In this document: one piece after another, positions 55,883 to 64,000 of the stretch
Layout: each line of letters begins with the position of its first letter
How positions within the stretch are numbered: position 1 is the stretch's first letter
Source of the DNA: an uncultured Gemmatimonadaceae bacterium
GTDB taxonomy: Bacteria > Gemmatimonadota > Gemmatimonadetes > Gemmatimonadales > GWC2-71-9
DNA length: 64,000 nt
NCBI GenBank assembly: GCA_964557115.1
Contig: CAZKYO010000014.1
Coordinates: 6,144-70,143 of the forward strand
Reading direction: 5' to 3'
Position numbers and translations under genes: made by a program
The notes under the pieces: generated by a model
The model's input: the letters and a program-made list of their open reading frames with translations, nothing else
Databases searched by the model: none
What the model was told of the DNA's origin: nothing

Positions 55883-56338
55883 GTGACTCCTGAAGTGATC
55901 GACGCCCCGCAGCTGCGGGTGGCAGCGGTCCGGCACGTTGGTCCGTACCCCGAGATCGGCCGTGCCTTCGCGCGGCTCGAGGAGATCATCGCGGGGGCCG
56001 GGATGCTGGAGGGCGGGGCGACGCTGGTGGCGATCTTCCATGACAACCCCGCGACCGTCCCGGCGGCGGAGTTGCGCTCCGATGCCGGGGTCGTGCTCCC
56101 GGCCGGCGCCACGGTGCCGCCCGGGCTGGCCGTCGTCGTGCTCCCCGCGGGCAAGCACCTGCGCGGTCGGCATGTGGGGCCGTACAGCGGCTTGCCGGGG
56201 GCCTGGGCGGTGGTGCGGGATGCCGTGCTGGCCGACCATCGGCGCGGCGACGGCCCGGGGTACGAGCTCTACCTCAACAACCCCAACAACGCCCGGCCGG
56301 AAGATCTCGTCACCGAGATCCACATTCCGCTGGCGTGA
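55883..56338 (+). CDS. GyrI-like small-molecule-binding protein
   Basis: GAGGTG SD, RHVGPY, HDNP...ELRSDAG, HVGPYSGL, ELYLNNP...EDLVTEIHIPL. Confidence 0.88.
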   Translation: MTPEVIDAPQLRVAAVRHVGPYPEIGRAFARLEEIIAGAGMLEGGATLVAIFHDNPATVPAAELRSDAGVVLPAGATVPPGLAVVVLPAGKHLRGRHVGPYSGLPGAWAVVRDAVLADHRRGDGPGYELYLNNPNNARPEDLVTEIHIPLA

Positions 56339-56369
56339 GAGGTACACCCGGCGAACGGAGGGGTTGATC

Positions 56370-56729
56370 ATGCCGCACGGAAAGATCTGCTACGTGGAGA
56401 TCCCGGCCGACCGAGCCGAGGATGCCGCGGAGTTCTACACGGGGCTGTTCGGGTGGAGTGCGCGGACGCGGGGCGACGGCGCCCTCGCCTTCGACGACAC
56501 CGGCGCGGTGAGCGGCACCTGGGTCAAGGGCGAGGATCACGGTCCCGACGAGCGGATGCGGGTCTACATCATGGTGGACTCGATCGCCGAGTCGCTGCAG
56601 GGGATCGTGGCGCGGGGCGGGCGGGTGCTGACGCCGCGCACCGACATCGGCCCGGGGATGGGGGCGTTCGCGGCGTTTGCCGATCCGGTGGGGAACGAGT
56701 GGGGGCTGTACGAAGAGCCGGCGCGCTGA
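56370..56729 (+). CDS. VOC (glyoxalase/bleomycin-resistance) family protein
   Basis: GKICYVEIPA, FYTGLFGW, YIMVDSI, FADPVGNEWGL. Confidence 0.9.
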   Translation: MPHGKICYVEIPADRAEDAAEFYTGLFGWSARTRGDGALAFDDTGAVSGTWVKGEDHGPDERMRVYIMVDSIAESLQGIVARGGRVLTPRTDIGPGMGAFAAFADPVGNEWGLYEEPAR

Positions 56730-57002
56730 GGCGCTGGCCGCCGTGGTGGCGGTGCTGGCTCTGCTGACCGGGCCCAGAATAGGGCGCACAGTACCGCGAG
56801 TCGTGGTCGGCCGCTAGACTGAAAGGGAATCCCGTCCTGCAAGGCATCCCCCCGTGCCTGACGAAGCCCGCATTCCTGCACGACCTTTCGCCGCCCGGCC
56901 CCGTGGCCGAGCCTGGCCGCTCGGGCGCGTCGGCCTCGCGGTCGCCGGGATGAGCGCTCGATTGGTCGTCGTGTCCGGACGCGCGGAAGGAGGCTGCGTG
57001 CC

Positions 57003-57428
57003 ATGAGTGCCCCCGACCTCAATGGCGCGACTCGATCCACGCAGGCGTTCGTGCTCTGGACCGGCGGGGCCTTCGTCGGCCTCACGCTCGTCTTCGTGAT
57101 CGTCGACGCGCTGCTGTTCCAGAATCCGGACGCCCCTTCCCGTGGGGCCGCCATGGCCTGGATGCTGGCCTTCTTCGGCGCAGTCGGACGGTATCGCAAG
57201 CCGGAATGGCGCCAGGCCGTCGCGCCGGAACATGCGGCCGGACTCGGGCTAGTCGGCGTCCTGGGGCTGTGGGCCTGGCCGTTTCTCGATCCCGTCGTGG
57301 ATCGCCCGTTGGTCGCCGTGCAATACCTCCTGCTCGTGGTGGTCACCGCGATCCCCGGCACCCTCCTCGTGATGGCCATCCGCGAGATCCGCAAACGACA
57401 CGCTCTGGCGGGGGAGCGAGGGGCTTGA
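57003..57428 (+). CDS. Hypothetical membrane protein (about 4 TM)
   Basis: AGGAGG upstream, hydrophobic helices, stop abuts the next ATG. Confidence 0.7.
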   Translation: MSAPDLNGATRSTQAFVLWTGGAFVGLTLVFVIVDALLFQNPDAPSRGAAMAWMLAFFGAVGRYRKPEWRQAVAPEHAAGLGLVGVLGLWAWPFLDPVVDRPLVAVQYLLLVVVTAIPGTLLVMAIREIRKRHALAGERGA

Positions 57429-57937
57429 TGCCGACCGCGACAGGGTCGGTAATGAGGCGACTGCGGGGCGCGCTGGGGGTAGGACTTGTCTGGGCCATTG
57501 GTTGGGGCCTCGTGGCGGCCGGCCTCGCCTTTGTTGAGACGTGGGGACAGCTCAGTACCCGGTTCTTCAGCGCGTGGTTCCTCCAAGGGTTCATGGTGCA
57601 GGTGCTCCTCGGCGGCCTCTTCGGCTTTGCGAGCGGGGTGCTCTTTGCGATCGTGCTCGCTGCCCTCTCTCGTGCCAGCTGGTTCAAGGCAAGATCGATC
57701 TGGCCCTTCGTCGCCGCCGGTGGACTGGGAATGGCAGGAACCGAAATGCTCTACATCGCCATTCGGGCGGGCTACCTGTTCGCTCGCAGTGGCGTCGCCG
57801 TCGGCATCGCGCTCGGCTGGTTCGGCCTGCTCGGCGCCGTGTCGTCGATGGCCACCCTGGCGATCGTCCGGCACGCCGACCGACGCGCCCTTCCGGACCC
57901 CGGACGGGCGGCCTTGCCCGACGGCGCGGCGGGCTGA
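57428..57937 (+). CDS. Hypothetical membrane protein (about 4 TM)
   Basis: Start re-called at ATG 57428 (or 57452). MRRLRGALGVGLVWAIGW followed by four hydrophobic segments. Confidence 0.7.
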   Translation: MPTATGSVMRRLRGALGVGLVWAIGWGLVAAGLAFVETWGQLSTRFFSAWFLQGFMVQVLLGGLFGFASGVLFAIVLAALSRASWFKARSIWPFVAAGGLGMAGTEMLYIAIRAGYLFARSGVAVGIALGWFGLLGAVSSMATLAIVRHADRRALPDPGRAALPDGAAG

Positions 57938-57955
57938 CCCTCTCGCGGAGGCATC

Positions 57956-58441
57956 GTGTACTTCTGGCGCATTGAGAATCTCAAGGATCAGCTGCGGAGT
58001 GGCCCGCTGCCGGCACGCGACACGTTCGGGTACCTCCTCCTCCTTGCGGCGTCGCAGACACTGACGGGCCTCCTCGCCGGCGGGTATCCCCGCCCGGACT
58101 GGATCAAGGATCTGCCGATCACGGTTGGCGTCGTGCTTGTGTGGGTGACCTGTCTCTGGCTTGTGTACCGAGCCAATGGCGGGGCCGATGGCCGGGACCT
58201 GGCGGGAAGGTTCCTTTCGCTCGGCTGGGTGCTTGGACTGAGGTTCTTCGTCGGAGGGATGCTCATCGCCCTTGTCCTGCCGGTGATCGGGATCCTCCTC
58301 GTGGCCGTGGGAATCCCATTCGAGGCGATTCCGATCCCGACGTTCGTCATGACCATGTTTCTCCTGATGATCGCGCTGGTCACCTGGCGGCTCGTGCACC
58401 ACCTGCACGACATCAACGTGGTGCCCCGGACAGACGCATGA
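57956..58441 (+). CDS. Hypothetical membrane protein
   Basis: GGAGG SD, MYFWRIENLK, NGGADGRDLAGRFLSLGWV, four TM segments. Confidence 0.75.
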   Translation: MYFWRIENLKDQLRSGPLPARDTFGYLLLLAASQTLTGLLAGGYPRPDWIKDLPITVGVVLVWVTCLWLVYRANGGADGRDLAGRFLSLGWVLGLRFFVGGMLIALVLPVIGILLVAVGIPFEAIPIPTFVMTMFLLMIALVTWRLVHHLHDINVVPRTDA

Positions 58442-58457
58442 CCTCAGGGAGGCAGTG

Positions 58458-58973
58458 ATGCCGAGATATTGGGTCGCGAGGCGCGCCATCTTCTGCGCCA
58501 CCCTCCTTGCCGCCGCCCTGCCCGCGAGTGGAGGCGCCCAGTCGATGTCCGCCGCCCTGGGCCGTGTCGTCGCCAAGTACTTCAATAGCCAGGTGATCTT
58601 CGTCGTCCCGACGCTGCCGTGCTTTGCGCGCGGCGGCAACTGCCAGGACTACCCTGAGGCCGGCAAGGGCCTCGACCTCGATGCCCTGACTCGGGAGATT
58701 CCGAAGGGCGTTCACGTCACGTCGCGTGAACACGGTGGCGCCATAGAGGCCACGCGGATTCGCGAGTGTGAGGCACCGCTCCGCTGCAGCGTGGTTGGAT
58801 TCGTGCTGCTGCCGCCCGAGGGTGATTCGACGGTCGTGCGCTACAAGGTGTTGTCCTCGGCGGTCAGGGGGTATCGGCCGAGGGTGGCATACGAGGAGGA
58901 CTACGTCGTCGCATTGCGACGCAATGGCGACAAGTGGGAGGTCCTCTCGGTGAAACGAGACCGGATCACCTGA
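58458..58973 (+). CDS. Hypothetical secreted protein with cysteine pairs
   Basis: GGGAGG SD, signal peptide, two close Cys pairs in the mature region, C-terminal YVVALRRNGDKWEV. Confidence 0.7.
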   Translation: MPRYWVARRAIFCATLLAAALPASGGAQSMSAALGRVVAKYFNSQVIFVVPTLPCFARGGNCQDYPEAGKGLDLDALTREIPKGVHVTSREHGGAIEATRIRECEAPLRCSVVGFVLLPPEGDSTVVRYKVLSSAVRGYRPRVAYEEDYVVALRRNGDKWEVLSVKRDRIT

Positions 58974-58990
58974 GCGTCACACTCCACACC

Positions 58991-60685
58991 CTACCCGATC
59001 TCCGCCACCCCCTCCGGCTCGATCCAGTCGAACTGGCGCTCCCGTCCGCCGAGCCGCCAGCGCCTGGGCCACGTGGTCTCCCGCCAGTCGAGCGGCTCGC
59101 CCAGCGGCTGCTCCACCGCCGCCCGTGCCAGCGCGGCCTTGAGGTCCCGACGCTGCTCGGCTCCCACGGCATCCGGCGCCAGCGACGCGAAGAGCATCGT
59201 GCCACTGCCGCCCAGCAGCTCCAGCCACTGCCGGTTGAGCGTCCACGGAATCTTGCTCGTGACCCCCACGCAGTCGGGGTCCGCCGCGTAGAACGCCCCG
59301 TGCTGCACCGCACGGAACGCCAGCGTGTTGACGCCCATCCGCCGGGTGCGGGTCCACTCGGTGCCGCTGGTGTCGTCGCCGATCCGGCAGAGCGCGAACT
59401 GGCCCGCCGAGAGGTGGCTGACGGTGTTGCAGCCGATCACCAGCGCGTCGCCGACCGACGTCCGGATCGTGTCGTAGAACCGGTTGATCACCTCGGCGGT
59501 GGTCCGCGTCGGCCCGCTCGCGAAGGTCCACCCCGACTTGGTGAGCGAGGCGCCCATCTGGAAGCCCCAGCGGCCGAGGATGTCCCAGGTCGAATAGTCG
59601 TGCTTGATCAGCTCGTAGCCCCAGCCGCGGAGGCGAGTCATGTCGGCCGCGACCTTCTCGAGCACGCCGTCCACGGTGGGGTCCATCACCCCCTTGTCAC
59701 GCGAGAGGCGCCAGGAGTCCGGTGCGTCCTCGGTGGCGAGCAGCGGCCGCACCCAGATGCCGGGCCGGGCACCCTGACCACGGATGTCGGCGGCGAGGGC
59801 TGCCATGTCGCCGAACTTCTCGTTGCCCCGGTCCCAGAGGCCCACGCCCTTGCCCGACGCACTCCGCTCCGGCTGCCAGCCGTCATCGATCACGGAGAAC
59901 GGCCGGTTGCCGCCGCCCGGCGACAGCTCGACGATCAGCCCCGTCTCCACCCGGATCTTTTCGGCGCTGCTGTCGCCGTAGGCGTAGTACCAGTCGTTGG
60001 CGCCGTAGACCGGCAGGGCGGGGAGGAGCGGCCGCGGGCACATCTGGCGGCAGAAGGCATGCAGCGCCGCGAAGGGCGTCTCGCCCGCACGGCCCTGGCG
60101 CGCCAGCACGTCACAGCAGGCGAGGGTGCGATCGCCCAGTTGGAGTGGCACGCCGCCGGCGCGCACGTCGATCCAGAGCGACAGCCCGCCGGCATCGACC
60201 TGCCACGCGCAGAACGCCGCGGCGCCGGTGCGGACGCCGTAGCAGTGCGTGGCACCACTGTCGATGGTGGCGACGTACCATGGCATCACCCGGTCGGGGA
60301 CGAAGCCGCGCCATTCGAGGTCGCCGTAGGCGCGCTCCCACGCGTCGCCCAGGATGCGGGAGTCGGCCGAGAGCGTTCCGCGCCAGCGGAGGTGCAGCCG
60401 CTGGATGCCGGTGCCTGGGGCGCTCAGGGAGACGCGCACGGCGTCGCCGGTGACCGTCGTCGTCACGCGGATGCGGTCGGCGTCCCACGTGCCGGACTGC
60501 GCCGACTTGAGCGAGACGTATCCGTCGGCGGTCTGCGCGGTGACGAAGTCGGGCGGCCGGATCAGGCCGACGAACGAGGCGGCGCCGACCGGCGGTGCGG
60601 AAGCTGCCGCATGGGCGGAGTGGGGGAGCGCCAGGCCGGCGGCGGCGAGGGCGCTCCGTTCGAGGAAGTCGCGGCGTGTGGGCAT
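58991..60685 (-). CDS. Tat-exported GH36/GH27-clan glycoside hydrolase (alpha-galactosidase-like)
   Basis: TRRDFL Tat motif, PVYGANDWYYAYG, VIDDGWQ, IKHDY (nucleophile Asp), RIGDDT (acid/base Asp). Confidence 0.8.
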   Translation of the reverse strand: MPTRRDFLERSALAAAGLALPHSAHAAASAPPVGAASFVGLIRPPDFVTAQTADGYVSLKSAQSGTWDADRIRVTTTVTGDAVRVSLSAPGTGIQRLHLRWRGTLSADSRILGDAWERAYGDLEWRGFVPDRVMPWYVATIDSGATHCYGVRTGAAAFCAWQVDAGGLSLWIDVRAGGVPLQLGDRTLACCDVLARQGRAGETPFAALHAFCRQMCPRPLLPALPVYGANDWYYAYGDSSAEKIRVETGLIVELSPGGGNRPFSVIDDGWQPERSASGKGVGLWDRGNEKFGDMAALAADIRGQGARPGIWVRPLLATEDAPDSWRLSRDKGVMDPTVDGVLEKVAADMTRLRGWGYELIKHDYSTWDILGRWGFQMGASLTKSGWTFASGPTRTTAEVINRFYDTIRTSVGDALVIGCNTVSHLSAGQFALCRIGDDTSGTEWTRTRRMGVNTLAFRAVQHGAFYAADPDCVGVTSKIPWTLNRQWLELLGGSGTMLFASLAPDAVGAEQRRDLKAALARAAVEQPLGEPLDWRETTWPRRWRLGGRERQFDWIEPEGVAEIG

Positions 60686-60780
60686 GGTGAATCGAAGGTA
60701 AGCGGCCCGGAATGGGGCCTGGGACGGCGACGCCTTGCATCTCTAGCGACTTCGGCGTTTCTTCGGTAAGGCCTACCTCC

Positions 60781-60808
60781 AATCGCCAATCTCAAATCTC
60801 GAGTCTCG
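60781..60808. repeat. Heptamer tandem (AATCTCG-like) directly upstream of the VOC gene
   Basis: AATCGCC AATCTCA AATCTCG AGTCTCG, then A-ATG. Confidence 0.7.
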
Positions 60809-60809
60809 A

Positions 60810-61169
60810 ATGACTACTGGCACCCATCCCCACCACGGCATCGACTACATCGAATTCACCGTCACCGACATGCAGGCGGCCCAGGCCTTCTACGGGAAGG
60901 CGTTCGGCTGGGAGTTCACCGACTACGGCCCCGACTACGCCGGGATCCGGAAGGGCGACGGCGAGATGGGCGGCTTCCGCTCCGACATCCCGGTCAAGCC
61001 GGGCGGCGTGCTGGTGATCCTGTATTCCAAGGACCTCGCGGCGTCGCTCGAGGCGGTGCAGGCGGCGGGCGGGGCGATCACCACCGAGCCATTCGAGTTT
61101 CCCGGCGGGCGGCGCTTCCACTTCGCCGACCCGAGCGGCAACGAGCTGGCGGTGTGGTCGGAGCACTGA
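60810..61169 (+). CDS. VOC (glyoxalase/bleomycin-resistance) family protein
   Basis: IDYIEFTVTD, FYGKAFGWEFTDYGPDY, FPGGRRFHFADPSGNELAVWS. Confidence 0.92.
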   Translation: MTTGTHPHHGIDYIEFTVTDMQAAQAFYGKAFGWEFTDYGPDYAGIRKGDGEMGGFRSDIPVKPGGVLVILYSKDLAASLEAVQAAGGAITTEPFEFPGGRRFHFADPSGNELAVWSEH

Positions 61170-61285
61170 TCCGGCCTCAGCGCAGCATGAAACGCGTCCG
61201 TCTCGATGCCACTCGGTTGCTTGACACCCCTTGCCCCGGGCCGTAGGTCTGGGGATCGGTGCCGCTCGGGCAAGGAGAGTGACGG

Positions 61286-62470
61286 ATGTGCGCCATCGCT
61301 GTGCGTCGATCGAGACTGCGTGAGGCCTTCGCTTCGTCCAGGTTCGCCCTGATCGTGCTGGCGGCAGGCCTTGGGGGATGTGACGAGGAGTCGACGATCA
61401 TCGTGAATGTCGTCGGTGCCGGTGACGGTTTTGGCCAGGTCACCGGCTCCAACACGACCACTGGGCTGGCTGAGATCCACTGCACTGTCGACGCGGGGCA
61501 GACCTCACTCTCCGATTGCCAGGAGTCCATCTACAAGCTCGGTGGATCGTACACCCTGGTGGCACAGCCTGTGGGCGGCAGCTCCTTCACCGGCTGGTTC
61601 TGCAGCAGTACCGGCGGGGACTGCACCGGTTGCACCGGGACGGGCAATTGCGTCCTGACCTTCACCGAGGCCGGCACCACGGACATCAGGTTCACGGTGA
61701 CGGCACGATTCGATGCCCTGCCCGGCGGCGCCTGTCCCCTGAGCCAGCCGTTGGCGCGCTGGACGATGGATGGCAACACGGCGGATGTGGTCGGGACCGC
61801 GGACGGGCCTGCGAACCTGCCATCGGGAATCTCGGGGGCAATCGACCGCAAGCTGCTTTCGGTCGGTGCGCTCCAGTTTGACGGCACGGCCGGCTTCAAT
61901 GTTGGTACGGCCACGACCTTCGACAATCTCACGCTGCCGTTCACCATCGCCGTGTGGCTCTATCGCGAGGCGGGGCCGACCAGCGCCTCGATCTTCGCCA
62001 CCGATCCGATCCTCAGCTCCTATCAGGGGATCTGGATGGGGTGGGGAGCCAACACCCTCGGCATCTCGTTTGGCGATGGGGGCGGGGGCGGGCCTTCGCA
62101 CCGGCGGTCTGCCGCGGGTGCCCAGGTGCCGGTGGGGCAGTGGACGCACATCGCTGCCGTCGTGACCGGGCCCGATTCGCTCGGCTTCAAGCTCTACGTC
62201 AACGGGACGGCGATTGCCCACACCTACGAGGGCACCGGCGGCCCGCTGGTGCATTCGGCGAGCGCCGGGCCGAACATCGGCAGCTGGCAACTGGTCGCGG
62301 CCAACCAGCCCTGGAAGGGGCGGATGGACGACCTTCGGCTCTACAACTGTGCACTGAGCGCCGTGGACGTCACGACCTTGCAGGCGCTTATCGCGAGTCC
62401 GTCGCAGGCGCCGGTTGGTCGGTTCAATTCACATGGATCAGGCAGAAGCGGGGTCCTCGTCCTGCCCTAG
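61286..62470 (+). CDS. Lipoprotein with Cys-rich N-terminal module and LamG/pentraxin-like domain
   Basis: AAGGAG SD, lipobox LGGC, FTIAVW, WTHIAAV, KLYVNG, WKGRMDDLRLYNCALS. Confidence 0.8.
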   Translation: MCAIAVRRSRLREAFASSRFALIVLAAGLGGCDEESTIIVNVVGAGDGFGQVTGSNTTTGLAEIHCTVDAGQTSLSDCQESIYKLGGSYTLVAQPVGGSSFTGWFCSSTGGDCTGCTGTGNCVLTFTEAGTTDIRFTVTARFDALPGGACPLSQPLARWTMDGNTADVVGTADGPANLPSGISGAIDRKLLSVGALQFDGTAGFNVGTATTFDNLTLPFTIAVWLYREAGPTSASIFATDPILSSYQGIWMGWGANTLGISFGDGGGGGPSHRRSAAGAQVPVGQWTHIAAVVTGPDSLGFKLYVNGTAIAHTYEGTGGPLVHSASAGPNIGSWQLVAANQPWKGRMDDLRLYNCALSAVDVTTLQALIASPSQAPVGRFNSHGSGRSGVLVLP

Positions 62471-62543
62471 AGGAGTGTCGCAGCGTCGGGTCTTCCTTGG
62501 AGTGCTGCCCACGCAGCCCCACGCGGCCGTCCCCGGCCCCCGG

Positions 62544-63203
62544 CTAGGCGGGGGCCTTGTCCGACGCGCCTTGGCGACCGAAGCCGGGTTCGGGCGACCA
62601 CAGCGCGAGGCAGAACAGCACCAGTCCCAGGATGCCGAATACGGCCTTGACTTCCCATACCGGGATCAGCCAGCGCGAATTCGAGGTCGACAGGATGGTG
62701 CTCAGGGGCCAGACGGCGACGATCGGTCCATAGGTCAGGGCGGTCGCGAGTCCGGTCAGGCCTGCCCGTCGCCGCTGCGGGGCCGAGAGGTGCGTCCCGC
62801 TCCGCACCAGGAGCGCGATGCCGACGGAAGCAAGCATGATCGCATGGATGGGCGCGGCAAAATTTGAAAAGCCGGTCTCCTGCTCGCGTAGGACGATCCC
62901 GAACAGCCAGACTGCGATGAAGGCGAGGAAGAGAGGCCACCTAAAGCGCCTGACAGACTCCATCACCTGGAATCCCAATAGAGCCGTGAGCCCGAGCCAC
63001 ATGGAGAGCGGGTAGGAGAACCAAGTGATCCACCAGGTCCCGGTGTGCCTCGACCCGAGGTAGGCCAGGGCAAAGTTTTCAAGCGCCATCATGGTGACCC
63101 AGATCCACACTGCTCTGCGATCGAGGTCCTTCGCCGCCCCGCGGGACAGCCCGATCAGCACGGGGAGCGGGCTCAGGTACACGCCGACTTCCGAGATGTA
63201 CAT
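62544..63203 (-). CDS. Hypothetical seven-transmembrane protein
   Basis: 219 aa with seven hydrophobic segments by eye. Starts 3 nt after the upstream gene's stop. Lower GC than the core. Confidence 0.8.
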   Translation of the reverse strand: MYISEVGVYLSPLPVLIGLSRGAAKDLDRRAVWIWVTMMALENFALAYLGSRHTGTWWITWFSYPLSMWLGLTALLGFQVMESVRRFRWPLFLAFIAVWLFGIVLREQETGFSNFAAPIHAIMLASVGIALLVRSGTHLSAPQRRRAGLTGLATALTYGPIVAVWPLSTILSTSNSRWLIPVWEVKAVFGILGLVLFCLALWSPEPGFGRQGASDKAPA

Positions 63204-63206
63204 AGG

Positions 63207-63515
63207 CTAGTTCCCGCGGAGCGGGCTGTTCTGATCACAAAAGGGGGGGCACGGCAGGAACTCCTCAAGGATGAGCCCCTGAGTGATGTCCTTGCCATCG
63301 TTGTCGATCCCGACCATCACCGGGGTGACCGCACCATCGGTCTTGGTACCCATATAGACGCGGATTCCCGTGACCCCGGGTTGCGCCAGAAGCTCCCGAA
63401 GTTCCTCGCCGACGTCCAAGGCCCACGGCCCGATCGGGCTCTTTTCCGATTCCCGGTACCGCTTGGTCAGCTCGACCGCCTGCTCCAGCGAAATCCGGTG
63501 ACTCGAATCAGCCAT
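63207..63515 (-). CDS. Small hypothetical protein with C-terminal PCPPFC motif
   Basis: GGAGAG SD before ATG 63515. ISLEQAVELTKRYR...LLAQPGVTGIRVYMG...VMVGIDNDGKDITQGLILEEFLPCPPFCDQNSPL. Confidence 0.85.
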   Translation of the reverse strand: MADSSHRISLEQAVELTKRYRESEKSPIGPWALDVGEELRELLAQPGVTGIRVYMGTKTDGAVTPVMVGIDNDGKDITQGLILEEFLPCPPFCDQNSPLRGN

Positions 63516-63555
63516 CAGGCTCTCCTGATCGAGTGTTCTCACGGGGGGAAGGGGA

Positions 63556-63601
63556 ATGTTGTCGCCACGGAGGACCGATGTCCACTAGGAAAAATCCTAG
63601 T
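63556..63601 (-). promoter_or_regulatory. Candidate activated promoter: palindrome ACTAGGA-AAAA-TCCTAGT abutting TGGACA-N17-CAACAT
   Basis: Perfect 7-4-7 inverted repeat at 63584-63601. On the minus strand a -35-like element at 63584-63579 and a -10-like element at 63561-63556, with exactly 17 bp between them. Confidence 0.65.
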
Positions 63602-63742
63602 CGGGCCCCGGGGGCCTCCGTTTCTGGCCGGGGCGTTGCACGACCGAAACATCGCTCCCGTCCGCCCATGCCGTGGATCCCTCGCGCGGCCCTGCGTGAT
63701 AGCTTGCAGCGTGGTGCGGACCCTCTCCCAGGGAGCGTTCCA

Positions 63743-64000
63743 ATGGACCCCGCCGACATCGGATTCCTGAAGGCTGCGATCGCGTTCATCCTCGTCGCCG
63801 GGACGAGCCTCACCGCCGTCAAGCTCTGGCTCCGGGCGCGGACCGGCGCACCCGCCTTGTCTGACGCCGCGCTCGACGCGCTCCGCGAGGAGCAGGACGA
63901 GTACCGGGCGATCACCGACGCACGGATCGCCGAGCTCGAGGAGCGAGTCGACTTCGCCGAGCGGCGGCTGGTGCAGGACGCCGATCCGCTCCGGCGGATC
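63743..64000 (+). CDS. Small membrane-anchored coiled-coil protein (PspB-like tail), 3'-truncated by window edge
   Basis: GGGAG SD, MDPADIGFLKAAIAFILVAG...RIAELEERVDFAERRL. Extended -10-like TGATAGCTT at 63697-63705. Confidence 0.7.
   Translation, partial: MDPADIGFLKAAIAFILVAGTSLTAVKLWLRARTGAPALSDAALDALREEQDEYRAITDARIAELEERVDFAERRLVQDADPLRRI

Noticed and set aside
56728-57002. Short hydrophobic frame (EALAAVVAVLALLTG...*, 56728-56817) and a possible structured RNA in the gap before 57003
   Set aside because: The frame has no start or SD. AAGGGAA is present, but the remaining cobalamin or c-di-GMP riboswitch elements could not be found. An Infernal/Rfam scan would be needed.
55870-58990. Integron cassette array hypothesis for the run of small co-oriented ORFs
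   Set aside because: No RYYYAAC...GTTRRRY attC boundaries, gaps too short, and no integrase in the window.
61229-61275. 8-bp inverted repeat CCTTGCCC/GGGCAAGG covering the LamG gene SD
   Set aside because: The left arm lies within the putative promoter spacer, so it is probably not transcribed, and a short GC-rich repeat is expected by chance.

Overview
High-GC bacterial chromosomal window, roughly 70%+ GC in core genes by eye. Gene style and content suggest Gemmatimonadota; this is an inference. No rRNA, tRNA, CRISPR array, transposase or integrase was seen. Layout: (1) 1-743, 3' end of an oligopeptidase B. (2) 0.7-15.7 kb, a minus-strand, mostly translationally coupled run truA-htrA-purB-purC-psd-pssA-purS-purQ-purL-purF-ppdK-purE-purK. 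(3) 15.8-27.4 kb, trpD, an inverted lexA, then trpC-trpF-trpB-[HEAT protein]-[HD-GYP]-trpA-folK-panB-panC-panD-[YqeK-like HD]-[LytR_C]. (4) 27.4-31 kb, glycerate kinase, serine-glyoxylate aminotransferase and hydroxypyruvate reductase-like genes. (5) 31-41.5 kb, rlmN, a TonB-dependent receptor and aspS-phoH-ybeY-CNNM-CNNM-mgtE. (6) 41.5-64 kb, an accessory region with small secreted and membrane proteins, an L-arabinose/arabinoside locus, a GH36-like Tat hydrolase, VOC/GyrI proteins, a LamG lipoprotein and a lower-GC two-gene cassette. Strongest leads: (a) an ara operon in which a xylose-isomerase-family enzyme occupies the araA position. (b) A cassette of a small protein ending in CPPFC plus a 7-TM membrane protein, behind a perfect RcsB/LuxR-like palindrome at an activator position; a candidate signalling system. 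(c) A duplicated CGAA-N7-CGAA motif over the lexA promoter, a candidate SOS box. (d) A HEAT/HD-GYP pair sharing an unnamed N-terminal domain. (e) A family of heptamer-built palindromic intergenic repeats. Many starts were re-called by hand because the ORF track over-extends them.
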